Of a stretch of DNA of 46,166 bases, positions 28,728-36,657 are shown piece after piece. The notes beneath the pieces are model-generated. The model was not told the DNA's origin. It saw nothing but the letters and a program-made list of their open reading frames with translations, and searched no databases. Numbering within the stretch: position 1 is the stretch's first letter; every line of letters starts with the position of its first letter. This DNA comes from an uncultured Gammaproteobacteria bacterium. GTDB taxonomy: Bacteria; Patescibacteriota; Patescibacteriia; UBA11705; JABHMO01. Position numbers and translations under genes: made by a program. Where the stretch lies: assembly GCA_964565345.1 (NCBI GenBank), contig CAZMEQ010000007.1, positions 1 through 46,166 of the forward strand. Reading direction: 5' to 3'.

Positions 28728-30675
28728 TATGTCCGAAATGCCCACGGAAGTCGTTAAGGCTTCAAAATTCTGGCGCATCTTGTTTACAAGTATCATTGCC
28801 GTTGTTACACTCACCTTCCTAGTTGCAGGGGTGATTTTTGTTTTGATGTATAATCACAAAAACACAATTCACGCTGGCGTAAAAATCGAAAGCGTAAGCC
28901 TCGGTGGCCTTACCAAAACACAGGCCAAAGATATTCTTTCTGGACAGGTAAAATTAGCCTTTGGTAATGGATACCAATTCAAAAGCAATGCAACAGAAAG
29001 AACAATTAACGATACCGAAAGAAAAATTTTTGATTTAAATTATGACAATAATATTGAACAGGCTTTCAACTTGGGACGCAATGGATCTCTTTTACAAAAC
29101 AGCTGGAACATCCTAAGTGCTGCAGTGTTAGGTAAGACTATAAAAGCTGATTATTATTTAGACAAGGATCTCCTAAAAAATAAGCTCCAAGAAGAATTTA
29201 AAGCTTTTGAAAAACCAAGCCAAGATGCCGATTTAGAAATTAATATTTTAAACAGTGAAGCGAAAAAATTCGAAATTATTTTGAAGCCTTCTACCACCGG
29301 AGGACTAACTTACGATTACAACTCCGCTATAAATGAATTAGAAAAAAATTTGCTCTCCTTTAATAATACGCCCGTAGTCCTAAATGAAAAAAATGACACT
29401 CCACATATTGATACAGTAGCAGCCGAAAAGCTAAAGCCAGAACTGGAAAAATTGATATCGCAAACACAGGAAATAAAACTTATTCACAAAGACATCGTAG
29501 AAACAATTAATTGGGTGGATCTTACTTCCTGGTTTCATATCGGTTTAAACGACCAAGAAGAACCGTCAATTATTCTAGATGAAACAATTGTGAAAGGACA
29601 GCTTATAGCCCTAGCCCAACGAATAAACAAAAATCCGGTCAATGCAAAACTACAAATGAAAGACAGCAAGGTAACTGAATTCCAAGCCAGCCAAACAGGA
29701 TTAGAACTTGATATTGATGCCAGTTACGCTGCGATAAAAACAGCCCTTTTTCAAGACGCTACAAATACGATTAACGTTGTTGTAAAAGAAGCGCAACCAG
29801 AAGTCGCCTTAAAAGATATTAATGGCCTTGGTATTAAAGAAATAATCGGCAGTGGTTCGTCCGACTTTTCGGGCAGCCCCAATAATAGACGGGTGAATAT
29901 TGGAGTTGGAGCAGCTTCGGTGCACGGAGTACTGATTGCGCCTAATGAGGAGTTTTCTTTGGTAAAAGTTTTAGGAGACGTTGATGCAAAAAATGGTTAT
30001 TTACCCGAACTAGTAATTAAAGAAAATAAAACCATACCAGAATATGGAGGTGGATTATGCCAAATCGCGACTACAGTATTTCGGGCTGCGCTTGATGCCG
30101 GCCTTAAAATTACTGAACGTGCGAATCACTCCTACCGAGTTGTTTATTATGAGCCCGCTGGGACTGACGCAACTATTTATATTCCAAAACCAGATGTTCG
30201 CTTTATTAATGACACACAAAATTACATTTTGTTTCAATCAACCTTAAAAGGGAATACTTTAACTTTTGATGTTTGGGGTGCATCAGATGGACGCCAAATA
30301 ACTTTCGAGGGGCAAAATAAAACAGATAACATAAAAGATTTACAACCAAAAATATTTAATATCACAGTACCAGGCCCAGCCAAAGAAATTGAGACCACTG
30401 AATTAAAACCAGGTGAACGTAAACGCACAGAAACAGCGCATAACGGAGCCGATACTTCATTTTCCAGAACCGTTACCTTTGCTGATGGCAAAACAGAAAC
30501 TGTTACTTGGAAAAGTCATTACGTCCCTTGGCAAGCGGTATACTTAATCGGAGTGGATCCAGCAAAAAAAGAAGCTGAAGCTAAGGCAGCCGAAGAAGCA
30601 GCTAATCCACCAATAGCACCAGATCCTAATGCTCCACCAGTAATGCCAGAATTGCCACCAGCTTTACCAGAATAA
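28720..30675 (+). CDS. VanW-family protein with N-terminal TM, putative peptidoglycan-binding repeats and Pro-rich tail
   Basis: FSLVKVLG, YGGGLCQIATTVFRAAL, ER.NHSY and G.DATIY motifs of the VanW domain. Confidence 0.85.
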   Translation: MNNMSEMPTEVVKASKFWRILFTSIIAVVTLTFLVAGVIFVLMYNHKNTIHAGVKIESVSLGGLTKTQAKDILSGQVKLAFGNGYQFKSNATERTINDTERKIFDLNYDNNIEQAFNLGRNGSLLQNSWNILSAAVLGKTIKADYYLDKDLLKNKLQEEFKAFEKPSQDADLEINILNSEAKKFEIILKPSTTGGLTYDYNSAINELEKNLLSFNNTPVVLNEKNDTPHIDTVAAEKLKPELEKLISQTQEIKLIHKDIVETINWVDLTSWFHIGLNDQEEPSIILDETIVKGQLIALAQRINKNPVNAKLQMKDSKVTEFQASQTGLELDIDASYAAIKTALFQDATNTINVVVKEAQPEVALKDINGLGIKEIIGSGSSDFSGSPNNRRVNIGVGAASVHGVLIAPNEEFSLVKVLGDVDAKNGYLPELVIKENKTIPEYGGGLCQIATTVFRAALDAGLKITERANHSYRVVYYEPAGTDATIYIPKPDVRFINDTQNYILFQSTLKGNTLTFDVWGASDGRQITFEGQNKTDNIKDLQPKIFNITVPGPAKEIETTELKPGERKRTETAHNGADTSFSRTVTFADGKTETVTWKSHYVPWQAVYLIGVDPAKKEAEAKAAEEAANPPIAPDPNAPPVMPELPPALPE

Positions 30676-30680
30676 AACAA

Positions 30681-30716
30681 AACCGTAGGTGCCAATAATT
30701 ATTGGCACCTACGGTT
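30681..30716. repeat. GTAG-type REP-like palindrome acting as terminator
   Basis: Perfect palindrome AACCGTAGGTGCCAATA-AT-TATTGGCACCTACGGTT. Confidence 0.75.
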
Positions 30717-30721
30717 GCAAA

Positions 30722-30855
30722 TAAAAAAACCTCCTTTAATGGACAGACAAGAAATTTTTATTTAGGCGAAATCGAGCCGAGGCCTGATTTTACCTAAAAT
30801 AAAAATCCCATGCTTGTCGTGTCTGCCCGAAAAAGGAGGCTTTTAATTTATAGAA
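30722..30855 (-). ncRNA. Candidate ~135-nt rod-like small RNA
   Basis: Downstream of a consensus promoter with no ORF. Stems CCTCCTTT/AAAGGAGG, GGGCAGACA/TGTCTGTCC and TTTAGGTAAAATC/GATTTCGCCTAAA; ends in T7. Confidence 0.55.
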
Positions 30856-30861
30856 CTTTGT

Positions 30862-30890
30862 AGTATATCAGTCTTTTAATTATTTGTCAA
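30862..30890 (-). promoter_or_regulatory. Near-consensus sigma70 promoter driving the candidate sRNA
   Basis: TTGACA (30890-30885), 17 nt, TGa TATACT (30867-30862). Confidence 0.7.
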
Positions 30891-30960
30891 CACCTGACAA
30901 CATTTTACAAAAACGTTTAATTTTAGTGCAAAATAACACTTTCCATTCTGTCAGCAAAAA

Positions 30961-30989
30961 TTGACATTCTGATATCATTTAATTATAAC
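30961..30989 (+). promoter_or_regulatory. Near-consensus sigma70 promoter pointing at the clpP terminator
   Basis: TTGACA, 17 nt, TATAAC. Confidence 0.55.
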
Positions 30990-31038
30990 ATGTTTTGTAC
31001 TTCACGCCTAGGGTTCACTTTATACGCAGATTATACAC

Positions 31039-31069
31039 AAAAGTATCCCCAACAGTTGAGGATACTTTT
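31039..31069. terminator. Bidirectional terminator at the clpP 3' end
   Basis: AAAAGTATCC/GGATACTTTT stem. Confidence 0.75.
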
Positions 31070-31077
31070 ATAAATAT

Positions 31078-31650
31078 CTAGGAGATAATTTTATCGACAA
31101 TCTTGTACGCTTTAGCTTCGCTTGCTGTCATATAATAATCACGGTCTGTGTCCTTTTCAACTTTCTTTAAGGGCTGACCAGTGTGCTTAGCTAAAATCTG
31201 ATTTAAGTTTTGCTTTACTTTAACAATTTCTTCGGCTTGAATCTGTATATCACTCGCCTGCCCCTGAGCCCCACCCATAACCTGATGAATCATGACTTTA
31301 GAGTTTGGCAAAGCAAAACGTTTGCCAGCAGCACCAGCGCCTAAAAGTAAAGCGCCCATACTAGCAGCCATACCTACACAAACAGTCTGAACATCAGGCT
31401 TAATGTATTGCATAGTATCGTAAATGGCTAAACCTGCGGTCACCGATCCGCCTGGTGAATTTATATAGAGAATAATATCTTTCTTTGGATCCTGACTTTC
31501 TAGAAACAACAATTGCGCTATAACGATATTAGCAACTTGATCATCAATAGCCGTGCCCAAAAAAATTATTCTTTCTTTTAACAAACGAGAATAAATATCA
31601 TAAGCACGTTCGCCCCCATGAGTTTTTTCAATAACTGTTGGAATAAGCAT
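31078..31650 (-). CDS. clpP: ATP-dependent Clp protease proteolytic subunit
   Basis: [28 protein letters not shown] catalytic Ser, MIHQ, ERD-like DTDRDYYM. Confidence 0.98.
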   Translation of the reverse strand: MLIPTVIEKTHGGERAYDIYSRLLKERIIFLGTAIDDQVANIVIAQLLFLESQDPKKDIILYINSPGGSVTAGLAIYDTMQYIKPDVQTVCVGMAASMGALLLGAGAAGKRFALPNSKVMIHQVMGGAQGQASDIQIQAEEIVKVKQNLNQILAKHTGQPLKKVEKDTDRDYYMTASEAKAYKIVDKIIS

Positions 31651-31812
31651 ATACTAATTTTTATTTATTAATTATGAATCTTGTTTCATGAACTATGAAC
31701 AAAGATATTATAGCACTTTGATTCTATTGTTTAAATCAAGAAGACTGTCGAGAGTTCACAACGAGATTTTTGTCTAAATTTAGCCAAAACAGAATAAATC
31801 CGTTTATCGGCA

Positions 31813-31841
31813 TTGACATTTTTAAAAAAATATGCTATTAT
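31813..31841 (+). promoter_or_regulatory. Consensus sigma70 promoter driving the large candidate ncRNA
   Basis: TTGACA, 17 nt, TGc TATTAT, about 580 nt upstream of the next ATG (ftsK). Confidence 0.75.
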
Positions 31842-31847
31842 ATAGGG

Positions 31848-32275
31848 TTATTTAAAATCAATTATCTCTAAAGTGATGTAGAGGAGAGAGACAGCTGATT
31901 CCTTGCTCCATGCTTGCTTGGCATCGGCACTATCTATTATCAACAACACTAAGTACACGGGAATAAACAAAATTATATTTTGCCCATCACCCTTAGTGAC
32001 ACTTCTCCATCACCTTAAAGATAATTGCTAGAAAACTGATGAGGCGCGGCTAGGTATTTATATATATTTAATAAAGCGCCTTCAGCTAAGCCTCGTCAAT
32101 TTTCTGCCAATTATCCTGTACCTTCCAAATGAGTAGACAAGAGAGATCTCTCTCCTCACTCCCGGGTTTCTTTGTTCTTTCAAATTAATAAGCCCGAGAG
32201 TAACTTGTCTGCTCGTTTGGGGGGTTCACCCCCAAAGGAGAGCGGTAGCGTCCCGTGTGGATTCTACTGCTTTTT
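31848..32275 (+). ncRNA. Candidate ~430-nt multi-domain structured RNA
   Basis: Three long-stem domains (31860-32026, 32031-32104, 32125-32220), two small hairpins, a terminal U-run and two long-range perfect complements. G-U pairs favour the + strand. Confidence 0.6.
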
Positions 32276-32422
32276 CATATTACGAATATCCTCTGGTTAC
32301 CAATAATCATGTCCAAGTCAACAATTAATAACACCCAGCCATTCTTAAATCGTAATAAAACCAGTTTTCTTTTCCTCAAAAGTATGCTAAAATAAGCTTA
32401 CTTAAGTCTAAATAAAAACCAA

Positions 32423-34843
32423 ATGGCTAGAAAAAAAGCACGTCGCTATGAGGAAGTTACCTATTACCGCTTAAGCCCGGAAACCAAGCGCGGGATACTC
32501 ATTGTTTCGTTGTTTGCAATTGCCTTAATCTGCGTTTTAGGCTTTCTAAATTTAGCTGGCATTGCTGGCCTCTATGTTGATTTTGGACTTGGCGTTGCCT
32601 TTGGGTGGGGCCGTTTTTTATTTCCAATTGTTTTACTCGGCTTAGGCTATGTTTTAGCTCGTCCCAACTCATATGAAGTAAATTGGCCCAACTACCTTGG
32701 TATTGGATTATTTATTTTAAGTAGCCATGCATTACTACAACTCACAGCGCCAGAAATAACTTCAGTTAAAATGACTATCAGTGGTTTGGGTGGTGGCTTT
32801 ATAGGTTTTATCTTGACTCATCCACTAGTTGTATATTTAGGCTTTTGGGCATCGCTAATAATTTTAATTGCAATCCTTGTTACTTCGGTTCTACTTATGT
32901 TTAATACCAGCATCGAATCATTAGTTGAAAGATTAAATTTCATGAAATTTATTAGCCCTGTATTCAAACGTCGCGAAGTCAATGATTCTAATGACGAGGA
33001 TGACTCTGAAGACGTTGAAGAACCAAAGGAAGAAGAAAACGAGGAAAAAGAAGAAAAAGTGGAAGAAAACCCAGAAGAAGATGTTCAGGTTGAAGTTGTA
33101 AAAAATCCAGCCAAAGAGATCTTAACAATCAATTCTAAAGGTGCACCAGTACGCAGTGCTCCCAAAAAGAAAATCGATCTACCATTGGATTTATTGGATG
33201 GCAAAAAAAGTAAACCTACAAGCGGAGATATAAAAGTTGGTAGAGAAAAAATCCAAAAAACATTAGAAAATTTCCATATCAACGTAGAGATGGGAGAGGT
33301 TCAAGTCGGACCAACTGTGACTCAATACACTTTTGCTCCAGCTGATGGGGTTAAACTTTCTAGAATTACAGCCTTAAACAATGACCTAGCTCTTGCCTTA
33401 GCAGCCCACCCCGTAAGAATCGAAGCCCCTATTCCAGGGAAATCCTTAGTAGGGATTGAAGTACCAAACACCAAACCAGCCATAGTCCGTATGCGCGAAA
33501 CACTTGAATCTGATGCCTTTATGCACCGCAAATCAAATCTAGAAATTCCACTCGGCAAAGACGTCAGTGGTAAAGTTTGGACCGCTAATATCGCTAGCAT
33601 GCCACACTTATTGGTTGCTGGTGCCACGGGCTCTGGTAAATCTGTTTGTTTAAATTCAATAATTGTTAGTCTGTTATATCAAAACAACACTGATACTCTA
33701 CGCATGATTCTAGTTGACCCTAAACGTGTAGAATTCCCAGTGTATAATGGTATCCCTCACCTTTTAGTTCCCGTTATCACCGATGTTACTAAAACAGTAA
33801 ACGCCTTACGTTGGGCCATTGGTGAAATGGATAGACGTTTTGATGAACTGGCTAAATATAAGAAGCGTAATATTGAAAGTTACAACTACTCAGCGCGCGA
33901 AAAAATGCCTTATATCGTCATCGTTGTCGATGAATTAGCCGATCTTATGATTGCTGCTGCAGCAGAGGTGGAGGCCTGTATAGTTCGTTTGGTTCAAATG
34001 GCGCGCGCTGTGGGCATACACTTAATTGTGGCCACACAACGCCCATCTGTAGATGTTATTACTGGTTTAATCAAAGCTAATATTCCTTGCCGCATTGCTT
34101 TTAGCGTTACCTCTCTTATGGACTCTAGAACCATTTTAGATTCTTCGGGTGCGGAAAAATTAGTGGGCAAAGGCGACATGCTTTATATGTCTAACAGCAC
34201 ACCCAAACCAAGACGTATGCAGGGCGCTTATTTATCGGATGAGGAAATAAAGAATGTAGTTGATTATCTTAAAAAAGAAGCAGACGAACCAGAATACTTA
34301 GAAGAAATAACTGATAAGCCAAAAAACAGCAACGGTTCTAGTTTTGATTATAATTCTGGGAGTGGTGATGATGATCTTTTTGATGAGGCCAAACAAACTG
34401 TAATTATGGCTGGAAAAGCATCAACTTCATACCTCCAAAGACGCCTACGCATTGGCTATGCACGAGCCGCACGTCTTATTGATCTACTTGAAGAAGCTGG
34501 AGTTATTGGGCCGGGCGATGGAGCTAAACCACGAGAGATTTTAGTTGATAAAAGATCAGCTCTGATGGGGCCGCCGCTACAAACGACGAAATTAGACAAC
34601 AAAGAGATTGAAGATTATTCAGAAAATCCTTTTTCTCTTGAAGAAGAAAAAGAGCCAGACGTGATTGATGATAACAATATAGATAATCAGCCTATATTAG
34701 ATAATGATCCCGAGGAATCAGAAGAATTATTGCCTGAGGAAATCGATGAAAACGAGGAAGAAATTGCTGAAACAGAAATAGAAGATGAAATACCCTCCAC
34801 TAAAGCCAAACAGAAAAATGATGAACCTGATGAAATATACTAA
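32423..34843 (+). CDS. ftsK: DNA translocase FtsK/SpoIIIE
   Basis: N-terminal 4-TM region, AGATGSGKS Walker A, VVDELAD, ATQRPS, gamma domain STSYLQRRLRIGYARAAR. Confidence 0.97.
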   Translation: MARKKARRYEEVTYYRLSPETKRGILIVSLFAIALICVLGFLNLAGIAGLYVDFGLGVAFGWGRFLFPIVLLGLGYVLARPNSYEVNWPNYLGIGLFILSSHALLQLTAPEITSVKMTISGLGGGFIGFILTHPLVVYLGFWASLIILIAILVTSVLLMFNTSIESLVERLNFMKFISPVFKRREVNDSNDEDDSEDVEEPKEEENEEKEEKVEENPEEDVQVEVVKNPAKEILTINSKGAPVRSAPKKKIDLPLDLLDGKKSKPTSGDIKVGREKIQKTLENFHINVEMGEVQVGPTVTQYTFAPADGVKLSRITALNNDLALALAAHPVRIEAPIPGKSLVGIEVPNTKPAIVRMRETLESDAFMHRKSNLEIPLGKDVSGKVWTANIASMPHLLVAGATGSGKSVCLNSIIVSLLYQNNTDTLRMILVDPKRVEFPVYNGIPHLLVPVITDVTKTVNALRWAIGEMDRRFDELAKYKKRNIESYNYSAREKMPYIVIVVDELADLMIAAAAEVEACIVRLVQMARAVGIHLIVATQRPSVDVITGLIKANIPCRIAFSVTSLMDSRTILDSSGAEKLVGKGDMLYMSNSTPKPRRMQGAYLSDEEIKNVVDYLKKEADEPEYLEEITDKPKNSNGSSFDYNSGSGDDDLFDEAKQTVIMAGKASTSYLQRRLRIGYARAARLIDLLEEAGVIGPGDGAKPREILVDKRSALMGPPLQTTKLDNKEIEDYSENPFSLEEEKEPDVIDDNNIDNQPILDNDPEESEELLPEEIDENEEEIAETEIEDEIPSTKAKQKNDEPDEIY

Positions 34844-34845
34844 GT

Positions 34846-35532
34846 ATGACTGGTTTTTTATCAAAAAAAATAAGCAGCATACAAACGCTTGGTGAAAAAC
34901 TTGCTTCTCATCGGCAAGCCATGGGATTATCACAAGAAAAAGTTGCACGCTCAATGAACATAAATGTCCGCTATATCAAATTGTTTGAGAGAAATAACTA
35001 TAAAGCCCTACCCGCAGACGTTTATGCTTTAAACATACTCAAGCATTATGCCCAAACATTAAAATTAAACCCTTACACGGTCGCTGAAATATTTAAAAAG
35101 GAAAAAGCCCTGTACCTTAAAACCCAACAATCAAAGAACAAAATGGAACAACGCTGGTGGCAAAAAGTTTCAAACTTTATACTCAACCCCAAGTTTATTA
35201 AATACGGAGCTATCTTCCTCCTAATCCTGGCCATGCTCTATTATCTGGGTTGGAGTGTAAATAAAATTATTTCGCCGCCCATGTTAGTTATTTATACCCC
35301 AGAAGATAATTTTGTCACAACGGAAAGGCAAATCATTGTCAGTGGACAAACCGAAAAAGAAGTTACCTTAAAAATCAACAACCAACCGATCTTGCTTGAT
35401 CAAAACGGCAACTTCAGCGTCCCCCTTGATTTGCAAAAGAATTTAAATCTTATTAAAATATCAGCACAAAAGAAAAACAGTAAAACTCAAGTGCTTTATC
35501 GACAAGTGATAGTTAATGATAACGAAAAATAA
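34846..35532 (+). CDS. RodZ-like HTH-TM protein with C-terminal Ig-like domain
   Basis: LGEKL...R, I..FE...Y..LP..VY....LK.YA..L.L HTH motif, one TM, beta-rich C-terminus; ftsK-rodZ-recA context. Confidence 0.7.
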   Translation: MTGFLSKKISSIQTLGEKLASHRQAMGLSQEKVARSMNINVRYIKLFERNNYKALPADVYALNILKHYAQTLKLNPYTVAEIFKKEKALYLKTQQSKNKMEQRWWQKVSNFILNPKFIKYGAIFLLILAMLYYLGWSVNKIISPPMLVIYTPEDNFVTTERQIIVSGQTEKEVTLKINNQPILLDQNGNFSVPLDLQKNLNLIKISAQKKNSKTQVLYRQVIVNDNEK

Positions 35533-35575
35533 TCGCCCCAAAAAATTTCCATGCTTATTTTTTTGAGGCCCGTAT

Positions 35576-36607
35576 ATGCCAAAAACAAGTGAAAAAAATG
35601 AAACTACTGAAGTTCGCGTTTCAGCCGCCAATGATGCGATCCAACAAATTAGAGAAAAATTTGGTGATGGCTCAATTATGCGATTAGGTGAAGCTTCTGC
35701 CATGAATGTTGAAGCCATCTCCACTGGCTGTATTTCTTTGGATCTAGCCTTAGGTGTGGGCGGAGTTCCCCGTGGACGCATTATTGAAATCTTCGGCCCG
35801 GAATCTTCGGGTAAAACAACCTTAGCCCAACATGTTGTAGCCGAAGTCCAAAAAAATCATGGTATTGCTGCTTTTATTGATGCCGAACATGCCTTAGATC
35901 CAGACTATGCCAAAAAAATCGGCATTGATATCAATCAAATGCTTATCTCTCAGCCCGATACTGGAGAACAGGCATTGGAAATCGTAGAAACACTAGTACG
36001 ATCCAATGGAATTGATTTAATTGTGGTTGACTCTGTTGCTGCTTTGACTCCAAGGGCAGAAATTGAAGGCGAAATGGGCGATCAACACATGGGTTTGCAA
36101 GCCCGCCTCATGAGTCAAGCTTTAAGAAAATTAGCAGCTATAATTGGAAAGACCAAAACCACTTTAATATTCATTAATCAAACACGACAAAAAATAGGTG
36201 TTTTCTTTGGCAATCCAGAAACAACGACTGGTGGCACAGCTTTAAAATTTTACAGCTCCGTTCGTATCGAAGTCCGCCGTGCAGCCCAAATTAAAAAGGG
36301 CGAAAATACTATCGGGAATCGAGTAAAAGTAAAGATCGTTAAAAACAAAGTTGCCCCTCCATTCCAGGCCTGCGAATTTGATATTATGTACAACGAAGGC
36401 ATTTCCTTGGCCGGAGACTTGATTGATGTGGGTGTTGATTTTGGCGTAATAAAGAAATCAGGCAATTCATATTTGTATGGGGAAGAAAAACTAGGTGTCG
36501 GGCGAGAAACCGCCAAACAATACCTACGTGAAAATAAAAAGACGGCTGAAAAGATACGCAAGGAAATTATCACTATTAACGAAGAACGAAAAAAGAACGC
36601 GGAATAA
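35576..36607 (+). CDS. recA: Recombinase A
   Basis: [30 protein letters not shown] and [11 protein letters not shown] motifs. Confidence 0.99.
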   Translation: MPKTSEKNETTEVRVSAANDAIQQIREKFGDGSIMRLGEASAMNVEAISTGCISLDLALGVGGVPRGRIIEIFGPESSGKTTLAQHVVAEVQKNHGIAAFIDAEHALDPDYAKKIGIDINQMLISQPDTGEQALEIVETLVRSNGIDLIVVDSVAALTPRAEIEGEMGDQHMGLQARLMSQALRKLAAIIGKTKTTLIFINQTRQKIGVFFGNPETTTGGTALKFYSSVRIEVRRAAQIKKGENTIGNRVKVKIVKNKVAPPFQACEFDIMYNEGISLAGDLIDVGVDFGVIKKSGNSYLYGEEKLGVGRETAKQYLRENKKTAEKIRKEIITINEERKKNAE

Positions 36608-36617
36608 ACGATATCAC

Positions 36618-36646
36618 AAAAGAGAGCCCAATTGGCTCTCTTTTTT
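36618..36646. terminator. Bidirectional terminator after recA
   Basis: AAAAGAGAGCC/GGCTCTCTTTT stem between convergent genes. Confidence 0.8.
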
Positions 36647-36657
36647 ATTCTATTCAC

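Noticed and set aside
30722-30855. SRP (4.5S) RNA
   Set aside because: No GNRA-capped domain IV with the CAGG/AGCAG internal loop.
30990-31073. 27-codon ORF (MFCTSRLG...) after the + strand orphan promoter
   Set aside because: The ATG directly abuts the -10 box, upstream of any plausible start of transcription, and the ORF runs through the terminator.
31910-31966. 18-codon ORF inside the large candidate ncRNA
   Set aside because: No properly spaced RBS and no tmRNA-like context; length expected by chance.
31860-32026. SAM-I or lysine riboswitch (UUAUC...AGAG / UAGAGG starts)
   Set aside because: The downstream conserved cores (GCAACC and GUGC for SAM-I; AGUA loop E and GAAAGG for lysine) are absent.
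32031-32104. Hammerhead ribozyme (CUGAUGA present)
   Set aside because: The GAAA core segment after stem II is missing (UUCAG instead), and the minus-strand version also deviates at conserved positions.
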